DNA of 64,000 nucleotides from Gemmatimonadaceae bacterium (GTDB lineage: Bacteria; Gemmatimonadota; Gemmatimonadetes; Gemmatimonadales; Gemmatimonadaceae): positions 641,413 to 705,412 of the forward strand of contig JBHYGA010000005.1 of NCBI GenBank assembly GCA_051859245.1, given 5' to 3'. This document shows, in pieces, positions 40,860 to 53,870 of the stretch. Positions within the stretch are counted from its first letter, which is position 1; every line of letters starts with the position of its first letter. The notes below the pieces were generated by a model, which did not search any database, was not told the origin of the DNA, and saw only the letters and a list, made by a program, of their open reading frames with translations. The position numbers were made by a program, and so were the translations under genes.

Positions 40860-42208
40860 GTGAGCACACGGCGAACGGCGGCGCGGGCACGGAACTGCTC
40901 GCGCACGAAGTACACGACGCGAACCGGTGGCCGGATTGGGATCGCTGCCCACCCGGCGCTGCACTTCGTGCAACTGACCCTGCCATTGCGCATTTGCTGG
41001 ACGAAGAAATCATGCGTCAGGGCGAAGGACTCGAACTGATCGCCAGCGAAAATTTTGTGTCGCCGGCGGTCATGGAAGCCATGGGCTCACCGCTCACGAA
41101 CAAGTACGCCGAAGGTTTGCCGGGCAAGCGGTACTATGGTGGTTGCGAAGTGGTCGACAAAATTGAGCAGCTGGCAATTGATCGCGCCAAGCAACTGTTC
41201 GGTGCTGACCACGCCAATGTGCAGCCGCACTCGGGCGCGTCGGCCAATGCCGCCGTGTTTCTGGCCTTCCTCAAGCCGGGCGACACGTTTCTGGGCATGG
41301 ATCTGTCGCAGGGCGGGCACCTCACACACGGTTCACCTGTCAATTTTTCGGGCTTGTTGTACAAGGCTGTGTCGTACGGTGTCACCGACGAAGGGTACAT
41401 CGACTACGACGCCATGCGTGCGCAGGCGCGGGCGCACTCGCCGAAGATGATCATTGCCGGCTACAGTGCGTACTCGCGCGTGATCGATTGGTCGGCGTTC
41501 GCCGAGATTGCGAAAGAAGTGGGTGCGCTGTTCATGGTGGATATGGCACACTTTGCGGGTCTGGCTGCCACGGGCGTGTACCCGTCGCCGGTGCCTTTCG
41601 CAGACATTGTGACCAGCACTACGCACAAAACGCTGCGCGGTCCGCGCGGCGGCATCATTCTGTGCAAGGCGGAACACGCAAAAGCAGTGGACAAATCGGT
41701 GTTCCCCGGAATGCAGGGTGGTCCGCTCGAGCATGTGATTGCCGCCAAGGCGGTGGCGTTTCATGAGGCGTTGCAGCCGGCGTTTACCGACTACTGCGCG
41801 CGTGTGGTGCAAAATGCCAAACATCTTGCCGGGGCGTTGATGGCACGTGGGTTCAACGTGGTGTCGGGCGGTACCGACAACCATCTCATGCTCGTGGACC
41901 TGCGCAACCGTGGGCTCACAGGCAAGCTCGCCGAGGCAGCGCTTGATCGCGCCGGTATCACGCTGAACAAAAACACGGTGCCAAAGGAAACGCAGTCGCC
42001 GTTTGTGACGAGCGGCGTGCGCATTGGTACGCCCGCGGTCACTACACGCGGGATGGACGAAGCGGCCATGGATCAGATCGCGTCGCTCATTGATCGTGTG
42101 TTGCTGGCACCAGAAGACGCGTCTGTGTTGCAGTCAGTCAAGGCGGATGTGCGTGCGTTGGCCGCACAGTTTCCCTTGTATCCGATGGTCGGCGGAAGTC
42201 GGAGCTGA
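40856..42208 (+). CDS. glyA: Serine hydroxymethyltransferase
   Basis: [32 protein letters not shown]. Confidence 0.98.
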   Translation: MSEHTANGGAGTELLAHEVHDANRWPDWDRCPPGAALRATDPAIAHLLDEEIMRQGEGLELIASENFVSPAVMEAMGSPLTNKYAEGLPGKRYYGGCEVVDKIEQLAIDRAKQLFGADHANVQPHSGASANAAVFLAFLKPGDTFLGMDLSQGGHLTHGSPVNFSGLLYKAVSYGVTDEGYIDYDAMRAQARAHSPKMIIAGYSAYSRVIDWSAFAEIAKEVGALFMVDMAHFAGLAATGVYPSPVPFADIVTSTTHKTLRGPRGGIILCKAEHAKAVDKSVFPGMQGGPLEHVIAAKAVAFHEALQPAFTDYCARVVQNAKHLAGALMARGFNVVSGGTDNHLMLVDLRNRGLTGKLAEAALDRAGITLNKNTVPKETQSPFVTSGVRIGTPAVTTRGMDEAAMDQIASLIDRVLLAPEDASVLQSVKADVRALAAQFPLYPMVGGSRS

Positions 42209-42363
42209 GGCGCCGCAGGAAGTTGGAACGGTGTTTGGGCCCCGCGCAAGGCATTGTGACCACCGGCGTGGGGCCACATCTTTTGAAGAGGTGAGTCTGG
42301 ACGGGCGCTCCGCCGTATGGAGCCGAACAGTACGCGTGCCACAGTGACTTCTGGAGCGGGTGA

Positions 42364-42750
42364 GTGACGGAGCTGGCCTTTCGTGACGGCATTATGGAGC
42401 AGATCCGCTTGCGTGAGCAGCGGTTCGATGAGCGCGCCTATCTGTTTGTGTTGGCGGCGCTTGAGTATTGCCAGGGCCGGTTGACAGAGCGCCGTCACAT
42501 TACCGGGCCTGAGCTGGCGCACGCGTGTCGCACGCTGGCCATGGAGCGCTTTGGTGTCACGGCGCGCCTCGTGCTTGACCACTGGGGCGTACGCACAACG
42601 CAGGACATTGGCGACATCGTGTTCACGCTGGTGGAACTCGGTTTGCTGATCAGTCAGCCGCAGGATCGTCGCGAAGATTTTCAGGACGTATTCGACTTCG
42701 CGCAAACCTTTGAACGCGAATATCCCTGGAGTGCGGCGCAGCTCGTGTGA
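42364..42750 (+). CDS. Minf_1886-like hypothetical protein
   Basis: AYLFVL.AL, RHITG.EL, FG..A..VL..WG...T.DIG.IVF.LV pattern. Confidence 0.75.
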   Translation: MTELAFRDGIMEQIRLREQRFDERAYLFVLAALEYCQGRLTERRHITGPELAHACRTLAMERFGVTARLVLDHWGVRTTQDIGDIVFTLVELGLLISQPQDRREDFQDVFDFAQTFEREYPWSAAQLV

Positions 42751-42784
42751 GCGGCGTGCACCCTTCCCGATTCTTTCCTGTCCC

Positions 42785-42982
42785 ATGGTTCCAGTCCACG
42801 CATTGCCTGCCTGTGCCAAGTGCGGGACCGGCACACTCCTCCCACTCAGCGACTACGGTCGTGATGGCGCGCCGATCACGTACAAAGCGTGGGTGTGTTC
42901 GAACGCCACCTGCGGATTCAGCGTGCGTATCGACAACGGCGAGATTGGATACGGGCGCATGGTTGGCGTAAGCCAAAAATGA
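42785..42982 (+). CDS. Small zinc-ribbon protein
   Basis: 65 aa; CAKC...WVCSNATC; fills the gap between flanking genes. Confidence 0.7.
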   Translation: MVPVHALPACAKCGTGTLLPLSDYGRDGAPITYKAWVCSNATCGFSVRIDNGEIGYGRMVGVSQK

Positions 42983-42985
42983 CCG

Positions 42986-44833
42986 GTGCGTGTGCGGTGG
43001 ACGCGCGTGCCTGAGGGCGTGCGTGTGACCACCGCCGCCGAAGCAGCTGCACGCGACGCGTTGGCCATTGCATCGGGCACACCGTCGTTCTTGCTCATGC
43101 TGCGCGCCGGGACCGCGGCCGCTTCGCACATCGTGCGCATCGCGTCACATCGTCTGGCGTTCGGTGTGCACGTGTACGCCGGTTCCGGCAACAATGGTGG
43201 TGACGGTTACATCGTTGCGGCGCAGTTAAGTCGACTTGGTGTGCGCGTGCTCCTCCACGAAGTCGCGGCGCCGCGCACGCCAGACGCAATTGCCGCCGCG
43301 CAACTCGCACGACGACATCTCGCCACCGAGCAGTTTGTCGCGAGTGAAGATACGGGCATTGCGACTGCGGCTCGCGTCGCGACGTTCACCATGACCCAAG
43401 CGGTATTCGTCGATGCGATGCTCGGCACGGGGGCCAATGGGGTGCTGCGTGGCGCTGTTGCGCAAGCCGCGCACGTCTTCCGGCGTGCGAGGGAAGGTGG
43501 TGCCATCATTGTGTCGCTCGATGTTCCGACGGGCCTCGATGCGAGCACTGGCGAGTTGGCCCCGGATCATGTTGTTGCACATCACACGCTCACGTTCGGC
43601 ACGTGCAAAGCGGGTCTCTTGTCGGCGCGAGACGCATGCGGCGAGATCACCGTGCTCGATATTGGGCTGGGTGCGCATGCAGAAATCAGTGACGATGCCG
43701 CCAGACTCGCGGATGCCCGCGCGTTGCGTGCAACCCTGCCGGCGATTGCGTGGAACGCGCACAAGGGCACGCGCGGTCGCGTGCTCATTGTTGGCGGCGC
43801 TCGGGGAATGGCGGGCGCGGCGCAACTGGCGGCGCGCGGTGCGCTCGCGTCCGGCGCCGGCCTCGTGCGCGCCTACGTGCACTCCAGCAGTGTTCCGGCA
43901 CTGCAAGCGAGCACACCGGCGGTGGTGTGTCAGTCGTGGCGTGGGCGGGGGGCGGCCGAGAGCCCATGGCGCGACCAGGCGCTGCGTACGTCTCGGGATG
44001 CGTCGCGTGATGCGTCAGGTGATCCTGCACTCGATGAGTCCGTTACGGTGCATGAATATCACGAACGGCTCGCGGCCAACGCTGACGAGTTCGCCAACTG
44101 GGCGCACGTGGTCGCGATCGGTCCGGGACTCGGACGTGACCGCGTGGCCGAGCGTGTATTGCGCGAGACGATACGGCGCGTAAGTGCTGGCAACGCGTCA
44201 ATTGTGTTCGACGCGGACGCGCTCACCGTGCTTGGATCGATCTATTCGCCAGACGAGATCAGGCGCCTCGCCGCGTCGCGCCGTATCGTACTCACGCCGC
44301 ACGCGGGCGAGTTCGCGACACTCGCGCGTGCGTTCAACATTGCAGTTGATACGCAGTCGCCAGAATTTGCGCGCGACCTTTCCGTACGGCGGCAGAGCGC
44401 TGTCGCGCTTGCAACTCGGACGGGATGCATTGTGCTGCTCAAGGGAGCGCCGAGCGTCTGCGTGGCGCCTGATGGTGACGCGTGGATCGTGCCGCGTGGT
44501 ACGTCTGCACTGGCAACTGGCGGAACTGGAGATGTCCTGACCGGCGTAATGGCAGCGCTGCTCGCATCAAAGCATGCCGCACCGCGCGCACGTATGGCGC
44601 AGTCCGAACAGCAGTCGGCAACTGACACCGCTGCGGAAACCTGTGCGCTTGCTGCCACCGCAGCGTGGGTGCATGGCGTGGCCGGTGAGCACACTGCGGC
44701 CCGCATTGGCGTGCGCGGCAGCACGGTCGAGGATATCGTGCACGCGCTTCCGTCCGCGTGGTCCGCGCTCACGCATCCGGCACCGTTGTGGCCAAATATG
44801 CTTTCCGTCGTGCCGCCATGCGTTCACGAATAG
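42986..44833 (+). CDS. nnr: Bifunctional NAD(P)H-hydrate epimerase/dehydratase
   Basis: GSGNNGGDG, DAMLGTG, DVPTG, HKGTRG, GPGLG, TPHAGE, ATGGTGDVL. Confidence 0.92.
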   Translation: MRVRWTRVPEGVRVTTAAEAAARDALAIASGTPSFLLMLRAGTAAASHIVRIASHRLAFGVHVYAGSGNNGGDGYIVAAQLSRLGVRVLLHEVAAPRTPDAIAAAQLARRHLATEQFVASEDTGIATAARVATFTMTQAVFVDAMLGTGANGVLRGAVAQAAHVFRRAREGGAIIVSLDVPTGLDASTGELAPDHVVAHHTLTFGTCKAGLLSARDACGEITVLDIGLGAHAEISDDAARLADARALRATLPAIAWNAHKGTRGRVLIVGGARGMAGAAQLAARGALASGAGLVRAYVHSSSVPALQASTPAVVCQSWRGRGAAESPWRDQALRTSRDASRDASGDPALDESVTVHEYHERLAANADEFANWAHVVAIGPGLGRDRVAERVLRETIRRVSAGNASIVFDADALTVLGSIYSPDEIRRLAASRRIVLTPHAGEFATLARAFNIAVDTQSPEFARDLSVRRQSAVALATRTGCIVLLKGAPSVCVAPDGDAWIVPRGTSALATGGTGDVLTGVMAALLASKHAAPRARMAQSEQQSATDTAAETCALAATAAWVHGVAGEHTAARIGVRGSTVEDIVHALPSAWSALTHPAPLWPNMLSVVPPCVHE

Positions 44834-46524
44834 CATTGGTCGGCGTGGCACTCGCCGTGGTGGGATGCGCAACGAGCGGCGGTGCAGGTGGCGGTGCAGT
44901 ACGCAGCGTGCCGTTGGGCGTGGATGACCGCATCGTTGTGCGCAGCAGCGCCGATGTGTTCAGCGTCAGCACCACCACTCGTTATGTCTACGCGCTGACA
45001 AGCGGCGGCTTGATTACCTACGATCGTACGTTCGCGCGATGGAAACCGATTTCGGCCCGCAGCGAAGAAGACTTGCAGCTGGTCAACATTGATCGCGCCC
45101 GCCTGCCGATCATGAGAGCGGATGTGATTGACGATGCCGTCTGGATTGGTATCAACGGTGCCGTGCTGCGGTATCGCGCACAACTCGACCAGGTAGAGCG
45201 TTTTTCTGTGCCGGGGCAGGTGAGCGCCCTTCGCCTCGCTCGCGATGGGGCATATGTGAATGCCTCCGGTCAGTGGTTCAGCGTATCGCGTGGAGGATTT
45301 GTCTCTCCGATCGCTGGTGGTACTGGCGGAGTGGCGCTGGCCTTCGAGCCCGATCTCGACGCTGTGTACCAAGCGCACCCTTCACTGCGTGGACAGCTTG
45401 AGTTTCTGCTGCGCGATTCACGAGCGGCCGGCGCAGGCGGCGGCCTGTTCCCGCGCGTGATTGCCGGCACGCTTTCCCCCGATCGCACCGGAGAAATCTG
45501 GATCGGCACACTCGGCGATGGTCTCTGGACTGTGGATGCGAATTTCCTGCAAGCGACGCCGCTTCGGTATGGTGTGCTTGATGACGCGATTGGCGCACTC
45601 ACGATCACGGCGGACGGCGTGATCAGCGCCGGGCAGGGCACGCGTCGCGGCGCAGGAATCTCGGTGGTGCATCGCGATCTCCAGCTGTTTCGTTGGATTA
45701 CCAGCCCCAGCAGCGCGCCGCTCGACGGTGCATACGCGACGGCGCTTGCGACTCGTGGCGCGAACGTGTGGGTTGCGACCGATCGTGGTGTCGTGCGCGT
45801 GAGAGTTGGCGAGACCCCGGCGTTCACACAATGGACCGCTCTGCATGGTTTGCCCGCCGAACAGGCCCTGAGTGTGGTGGCGTTGGACGACGGCGCGTGG
45901 GTGGGCACAACGCGTGGTCTGGTCTTCATTCACGACTCGAGCAACAATGCGGCCGTGCGCGGCAACGTCACCCTCGCCGGTTTCCCGGGCGAGCCGGTAC
46001 ATACACTCATGCGAGTGCGTGACCAGCTGCTTGTCGGAACTGCTCGCGGTTTGTTTACGCTGAAAGTAAGCGGACGTGAAGACGCTTCACAGAACACTGC
46101 GCCGCAGCGACTGCTCGGCCGCAACGCAATGTTTGTGCGACCTATTCAAGCGGCTGCGTGGAGCGATTCAACGCTCCTGCTGGTGACAGATCGCCGAGCG
46201 CATCTGTTGTCGCTTGAGCGTACACTGCAATCGGCGTACGATTCTGTTGCGTCCAGCCAATCCGACAGTGTCTGGAGTGAGTTTGAGCTGCAAACAATTG
46301 CACCGGTACACTCCGCAGCGATGGATGCGCGCTCGCTGTGGATTGCCGGACGAAACGGTGTGCTCACATATTCTCGCTTGAGCGGCGCCACGCGCATGCT
46401 GCGCGCGGGAGTTGATGTGCCGGCGCGCGTGACAGCGGTTGCACTAGATGACAGCTGGGCGTGGATCGGAACGGATCGTGGAATTGTTCGCGTGAAGCGC
46501 GCGAGTGACGGTGGTTTGCCATGA
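44818..46524 (+). CDS. Beta-propeller lipoprotein (Reg_prop-like repeats)
   Basis: Lipobox VVGC; repeated W(I/V)(G/A)T..G(L/V) blades. Confidence 0.7.
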   Translation: MRSRIALVGVALAVVGCATSGGAGGGAVRSVPLGVDDRIVVRSSADVFSVSTTTRYVYALTSGGLITYDRTFARWKPISARSEEDLQLVNIDRARLPIMRADVIDDAVWIGINGAVLRYRAQLDQVERFSVPGQVSALRLARDGAYVNASGQWFSVSRGGFVSPIAGGTGGVALAFEPDLDAVYQAHPSLRGQLEFLLRDSRAAGAGGGLFPRVIAGTLSPDRTGEIWIGTLGDGLWTVDANFLQATPLRYGVLDDAIGALTITADGVISAGQGTRRGAGISVVHRDLQLFRWITSPSSAPLDGAYATALATRGANVWVATDRGVVRVRVGETPAFTQWTALHGLPAEQALSVVALDDGAWVGTTRGLVFIHDSSNNAAVRGNVTLAGFPGEPVHTLMRVRDQLLVGTARGLFTLKVSGREDASQNTAPQRLLGRNAMFVRPIQAAAWSDSTLLLVTDRRAHLLSLERTLQSAYDSVASSQSDSVWSEFELQTIAPVHSAAMDARSLWIAGRNGVLTYSRLSGATRMLRAGVDVPARVTAVALDDSWAWIGTDRGIVRVKRASDGGLP

Positions 46525-47506
46525 ACGAACATTCGCCGCGTGATTCGTCAGCACATGTGCCAATGAGTGGGGGCGCCGAGTTCGACGCTATCCGAAGCCT
46601 GCTCGATCGGTGGGGCGCGTTGGCCGAAGGTGTGGGTGACGATGCCGCCGTGTTCACACCGCCACCGGGTGAACACCTCGTATTCTCAACTGACGCGAGT
46701 GTCGAAGATGTTCACTTTCGCGCGTCGTGGCTCTCGCCACAGGAGATTGGTGCGCGCGCGACCGCGGCGGCGCTGAGCGATCTCGCCGCGATGGGCGCGC
46801 GGGCGCTCGCGGTGCTCGTGGCGCTCGAGGTACCGCCGCTGTGGCAGAAGCGTTTGTCTGAACTCGCCGACGGTATTGGTCGCGTGGTCGAGCACGCGAA
46901 CGCGCGGATCATCGGCGGCAACATGACACGAGGCGAACGGCTGTCGATCACCATGACCGTGATCGGAGCGACCGAGCGCCCAGTGTATCGCCGGGGCGCG
47001 CGACCGGGCGACGCACTGTGGGTTACCGGACGGCTGGGTGGACCCCAGCAGGCGTTGACGGCCTGGTCCGCGGGTGCCGCGCCGTTGCCTGAAGCCCGCG
47101 CGCGCTTCGTCTCGCCCGTGGCGAGGCTCCGGGAAGGGGCCTGGCTGGCCGCGGTAGGCGCTCGCGCCATGATTGACATCTCAGATGGCCTTCTGGCCGA
47201 CGCGGGCCACCTGGCCGCGGCCTCACGCGTGCAGTGCGAGCTCTGGCTGGACACGCTGCCGGTTGTGGGCGACTGCACACCGCTCGACGCGCTCAGCAGC
47301 GGCGAGGAGTACGAACTGCTCGTCGCGACCGACCCGGATCTTGATGCCGACGGGTTCGCTCGGCGGTTTGGTGTGCCGCTGACCCGCATCGGCGTCGTTC
47401 GCGTGGCTGATCCGACCGGTCCCTACGTGCAGCTGCGCGCGTCTGAGCACGCGCCGTCACCGCTTCGCGTTGATCTTCCGGGCGGGCACGACCACTTTTC
47501 AGCGTA

Positions 47507-47507
<1 letters not shown>
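46521..47507 (+). CDS. thiL: Thiamine-phosphate kinase
   Basis: GVGDDAAV, LSDLAAMGA, IDISDGL, SGEEYEL, DHF. Confidence 0.95.
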
Positions 47508-49629
<2,122 letters not shown>

Positions 49630-49668
49630 ACGGAGCGCCCAATATCGTGAACACCAACACGTGCTTGC

Positions 49669-50019
49669 ATGCCGGTGAATAGCACGACGCGTCGTGGCCC
49701 AACGGCCGCGCGGCGTGTCGCCATACGTGTTGGTGCAGCGGTGGGCGCGCTGCTGATTCTGCTCTTTGCGCTCGAAGGCGGCGAGTACGGGACGCGTGAT
49801 TTGCTGTCGCGAACCAGCCGGCGCGCAGCACTCGAACTCGAAGTGCAGCAACTGCAGCTGGTGGTGGATTCGCTCAAACGCGAAACACGCGCCGTGGAAT
49901 CGGATCTCGGTACGCTCGAGCGGATTGCACGCGAGGAATACGGCATGGTGAAAGGCGATCGCGAACTGCTGTATCGATTCGCCGACGATCTGGAAGCGGA
50001 ACGCGACACGGTGCGATAG
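49669..50019 (+). CDS. ftsB: Septum formation initiator (FtsB/DivIC)
   Basis: TM helix plus coiled coil; LERIAREEYGMVK; canonical position after eno. Confidence 0.88.
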   Translation: MPVNSTTRRGPTAARRVAIRVGAAVGALLILLFALEGGEYGTRDLLSRTSRRAALELEVQQLQLVVDSLKRETRAVESDLGTLERIAREEYGMVKGDRELLYRFADDLEAERDTVR

Positions 50020-50081
50020 TCGGTTCGAATGCGCGACAGGGGTTGACTTGCCGCCGCGTCAGGGTGATGTTGAGAGACTGA

Positions 50082-50155
<74 letters not shown>

Positions 50156-50161
50156 TTGGTT

Positions 50162-50193
50162 AAACGGCCGGTCCTCACGGGCCGGCTGTTTTT
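50162..50193 (+). terminator. Intrinsic terminator after tRNA-fMet
   Basis: aaacggccggtcc...gggccggctgttttt. Confidence 0.75.
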
Positions 50194-50258
50194 CGTTCGG
50201 CGCGCATCACTGGGCGGCACGGTGCAGGTCCCTGGGTGGCACGATCGATGGCTGGTAT

Positions 50259-50332
50259 GGCAGGGTAGCTCAGCTGGTTAGAGCACGGCACTCATAATGC
50301 CGGGGTCGCGGGTTCGAGTCCCGCCCCTGCTA
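50259..50332 (+). tRNA. Elongator tRNA-Met(CAT)
   Basis: GGCAGGGTAGCTCAGCTGGTTAGAGCACGGCACTCATAATGCCG...; lacks the C4/C5 acceptor features typical of tRNA-Ile2. Confidence 0.88.
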
Positions 50333-50357
50333 CTCGCGGTCAACACTGCGAATCACG

Positions 50358-50391
50358 AAGCGCTCCCCGGCCTCGCCGACGGAGCGCTTTT
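50358..50391 (+). terminator. Intrinsic terminator after tRNA-Met
   Basis: aagcgctcc...ggagcgctttt. Confidence 0.7.
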
Positions 50392-50495
50392 GTGCATCCG
50401 GGCGCTGCCGTCACCTTGGCAGGATCGCTGGCGGGACGGCTGGGTATATTGTGAAGTTCGTCCCACCCTCCTGTCCCCATTCGGAGCACGTCCTG

Positions 50496-51272
50496 ATGAT
50501 CCGATTGTTGTGCGCTCTTGTCTTCGTTGCCACGGCTTCCCTCAGCGCGCAGGATGCACGCACCATTATTCGCGTGTTCGACAACTCGGCCAAGCCCGTG
50601 CCGTACGCACTGGTGAACTTGCGAGACGGTGTCTCACGCGTGGCCGATGACTCGGGCCGTGTGGTGTTTAACGAGCCGCCGAAAGACTCGCTGCGTATTC
50701 AGGTGCGACGGCTCGGGTTTGACCCGTTTTACGGCTGGGTCACGCGCGTCCCGGAAACGGGCGAGTATCCGGTGCTCATTCGCTTGCTCCCGCAGTCCAT
50801 TCAGTCGGTGCAGGTGACCGCGCGCGCGAACACGCCGCTCGGGCGCTCCGGTTTTTACGATCGGGTGCAGCGGGTGCAGGCGGGCGCGTACTCGGCGCGC
50901 ATGATCACGCCGGAGGAGCTCGATCAGCGCAATCCGATCCGGCTTACGCAAATGCTGCAGGGAGAAAACGCGGTACGCATTCAGCGCCTCGATCACAACC
51001 GCGCCATGATCACGGGTCGCGGTGGTCAGTGTGGTTTTTCCATTTTGCTCGACGGCAATCGGGTAACCGGCACCTACGAAGAGTTGTTAACGAACAAAAC
51101 CAACCCGCCACCAATGTCGAGCCTCACTGGCATTGACGATTTCATCACGATCAACAGCGTGGCGGCGATTGAGATTTATTCAAGCGCCGCGTCAATTCCC
51201 GCCGAGTTGCAGCGTTCGCTGGGCGGCGGGTCGTGCGGCTTGATTGCGATCTGGACCGGGCGACGTCGCTAA
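50496..51272 (+). CDS. Secreted carboxypeptidase-regulatory-like plus TonB-plug-like protein, no barrel
   Basis: Signal peptide; DDSGR, VRRLGF, ITPEEL, AAIEIY, CGLIAIWT end. Confidence 0.75.
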   Translation: MIRLLCALVFVATASLSAQDARTIIRVFDNSAKPVPYALVNLRDGVSRVADDSGRVVFNEPPKDSLRIQVRRLGFDPFYGWVTRVPETGEYPVLIRLLPQSIQSVQVTARANTPLGRSGFYDRVQRVQAGAYSARMITPEELDQRNPIRLTQMLQGENAVRIQRLDHNRAMITGRGGQCGFSILLDGNRVTGTYEELLTNKTNPPPMSSLTGIDDFITINSVAAIEIYSSAASIPAELQRSLGGGSCGLIAIWTGRRR

Positions 51273-51280
51273 TTCGCGAA

Positions 51281-51311
51281 CAACCCGCGCGCATTCACGG
51301 CGCGCGGGTTG
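51281..51311. terminator. Hairpin between convergent genes
   Basis: Perfect 12-bp stem caacccgcgcgc/gcgcgcgggttg. Confidence 0.6.
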
Positions 51312-52707
51312 CTGGCGCCATCGATGCCGTAAAAAAGAATCCGTCGTACACTGCCGGCCAGTTCGCCGCGAACTGCTGATACCCGATCGCTCGCGCCACG
51401 CGTCGGTTGAAGATCCACGCGTTTTCCTGCGTGGCAACGCGACGCAGATTCAGAAACGCGAGTGGTTTGCCGGTGGCGAGGAAGAGTCCGTCCCAGCTCT
51501 CCGGTAGCGGCATGACCAGAGGACGCACCGGCGTGGTGGCCGGAGGATCCAATGGTCCATACGCGCCCGATCCCGCGAGAAAACCCAGCGAATACATCAC
51601 ATCGCCAAGTGTGACACGCGCAATCTGCCCAAAGATCGCGCGGCCATGCCCCTGCGCCACGCCCGCCACACCGTACAGTTCATTCGGTGTGCGCATGATT
51701 GGTGTGGCCGTACTCCACACAATAATTTTGCGTCCCGGATACACGGTCTGTGCCAGCCACACGAGTGAATTCGACATCGACGAGTCGCGAATACCTGCTG
51801 ACAGCTCCGACAGGTTCTGTTGACGGAGCGCGACCGATCGTCCATGCGCGTTCAGCGCCAGCGACATGGTCACCCAGAATGATGCCTCGTCTGACGGCGC
51901 AACGTTGACCAGACGATTGCTTTCGGACATCAGCGCTTCCACGCCCGCCGCAAATGTGGCCTGCTCTGTTTGGGTGAATGGAGCAGCGTCGTAGTATCGA
52001 CGCGCCAGCCGATCAACCACGGTGCGAAACGCCGGCCAGTTGGCACTGCTGCGTACCGGAGACTCGTAGCGGTTGAGATAGGTGTCGAGTTCGTTCAGAA
52101 AGCGCGCGCCCGTTCCACCACCAATCGGCCCGGTGAACTGCGGATCAATGCCGGCCAGCGCCAGCGGACGCGCGCTACTCGCACGCGCACCGATGTACGT
52201 AAAGAGTGCCGACAACTCGCTGCTGTTGCTCCACGTGGCGTCAATCGACGCGCGCGCGGCGTTTACGGCATTTGCTCCTGACCGCACGTCGCGCCACGCC
52301 TCGCGCACATCAAACACGCCGGATTCAAACACCAGCACGTCAAATCCCATCTGCTCATGCAGAAACCGCACAAGCCGGGCTTTGGCTTCGAACGTTGTGC
52401 CATCGTAGCGCGACTGCTCGCCGAGCAACACGATGCGCGAGTCACCAATGCCGGTGCGCAGTGGTTCGAGATCGCTGAAGTTAGTGTCTGTGAAGTCGAG
52501 CGATCGAACCGCGGCCGAGTTCGCGGTGAGCCACGTGAGCGGGTCCGTGACAACAGGCGGCGGAAACGTGTCCAGCGGCGACGTGGGCAGACCAAGCCCG
52601 ATGTCACCCCAGTCACAGCTCGACGCCGACGCAACGGTGACCGCGAGCGCAACCAGGCTGAGCAAGGAAAGAGCGCGAGCACGAGGGCTCACACGAGCAT
52701 GGGTCAT
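51295..52707 (-). CDS. Erythromycin-esterase-fold lipoprotein with degenerate active site
   Basis: DFSDL-like TNFSDLEPL, IVLLGEQ, LVRFLHEQMGFDVLVFES, RDSSM, KIIVW, YDGFFF. Confidence 0.82.
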   Translation of the reverse strand: MTHARVSPRARALSLLSLVALAVTVASASSCDWGDIGLGLPTSPLDTFPPPVVTDPLTWLTANSAAVRSLDFTDTNFSDLEPLRTGIGDSRIVLLGEQSRYDGTTFEAKARLVRFLHEQMGFDVLVFESGVFDVREAWRDVRSGANAVNAARASIDATWSNSSELSALFTYIGARASSARPLALAGIDPQFTGPIGGGTGARFLNELDTYLNRYESPVRSSANWPAFRTVVDRLARRYYDAAPFTQTEQATFAAGVEALMSESNRLVNVAPSDEASFWVTMSLALNAHGRSVALRQQNLSELSAGIRDSSMSNSLVWLAQTVYPGRKIIVWSTATPIMRTPNELYGVAGVAQGHGRAIFGQIARVTLGDVMYSLGFLAGSGAYGPLDPPATTPVRPLVMPLPESWDGLFLATGKPLAFLNLRRVATQENAWIFNRRVARAIGYQQFAANWPAVYDGFFFTASMAPATRAP

Positions 52708-52802
52708 GGGCCAACAGGAAGGAGACAACCGCGGAGGGACTGCGTGTAGTATACGCGAAAGTCAGGGTCACGGATCCGTCACAGCCGCCAGGAATACCGC
52801 TG

Positions 52803-53864
52803 GTGCACCACTGTCTCCCGCGTTACCGTCTGCAGGTGATTCGCGCGCTCAGTCTGCTTTGCCTGCTCGGCACCGCCCAATCCGTCCTGTCCGCGCAGAG
52901 CGGCCCGGCGCCATCGCACGATTCCACGGTTGTGCGCGACTCGGCGGCGCCGCGCATGCAGGTGGAGCGCATCACACGCGTGCTGCTCGACAATGATCTG
53001 TTTGCGCTGCGCGACACCGGCGCGGCCACGGATTTCGATTACACGCACGGCATGGGCGTGGAGACACACTGGGCGAGTGCACCGTCATGGCTGCGTGGCT
53101 GGCTGCGCAACGCACCCGGCTGCGAGCGTGAACCATCGCGCGTGACTGGCTGTGCGATGTTCACGCTCGGCGCGCGACAGGCCATTTACACGCCGGCCAG
53201 TAACCGCAGCGTACCCGTTCCCGGGCAGCGTCCTCACGCGGGATACCTCGGTGTGAGCGCGCGTCTCTCGCATGCGACGCCAACTCGGTTGCGCTCCGCA
53301 CACGTTGAGATCGGCAGCACCGGGAAGCTTGCGCTGGCGGAACCGCTGCAGCAGCTCATTCATGTGCTCACCGGCACTGCGCGAGAACTCGGCTGGCGGA
53401 ATCAGATCGGGACGCGTCCAACGGTGCTGCTTCGCTACGACGATGCCGTCGTGCGCGATGTGCAAACGGGCCGCGCGTTTCTGCGGAGCAAGCCGAACGT
53501 GTCACTGCAGTTTGGCAACCTGCGCACCGCGGCGCGCGTGGGTGCCGAGTTTCAGCTGGCGATCAACCGGCGTCGTTTCTGGACGCCGTATGATGGTGGC
53601 GCCGCCTTGCCGCTCGGTCCGTATCTCGTGGCCGGCGCGCAGCAGGAATACGTGGCGCGTGACGTGTTTGTCGACGGTCACTTTGGTGACGAGTCCATCA
53701 CCTCGGTGCGCGTGCCGAACGTTTCTACCACGCTCATTGGATTTGGCTGGCGATTTCCCGGCGGGACGTCGGAGTATCGCTACGTTCGCCGAGGCAAAGA
53801 ATATGAAGCGCAAACGGCCGTGCACTCGCACGGCGCGTTTGCATTCACATTCTATCGGCAATAA
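52803..53864 (+). CDS. LpxR-family (DUF2219) outer-membrane lipid A deacylase
   Basis: DND...TDFDYTHG, QAIYTP, RPHAGYL, Q..IH, GWRNQI, GNLRT. Start may be slightly downstream. Confidence 0.82.
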   Translation: MHHCLPRYRLQVIRALSLLCLLGTAQSVLSAQSGPAPSHDSTVVRDSAAPRMQVERITRVLLDNDLFALRDTGAATDFDYTHGMGVETHWASAPSWLRGWLRNAPGCEREPSRVTGCAMFTLGARQAIYTPASNRSVPVPGQRPHAGYLGVSARLSHATPTRLRSAHVEIGSTGKLALAEPLQQLIHVLTGTARELGWRNQIGTRPTVLLRYDDAVVRDVQTGRAFLRSKPNVSLQFGNLRTAARVGAEFQLAINRRRFWTPYDGGAALPLGPYLVAGAQQEYVARDVFVDGHFGDESITSVRVPNVSTTLIGFGWRFPGGTSEYRYVRRGKEYEAQTAVHSHGAFAFTFYRQ

Positions 53865-53870
53865 GACGCG

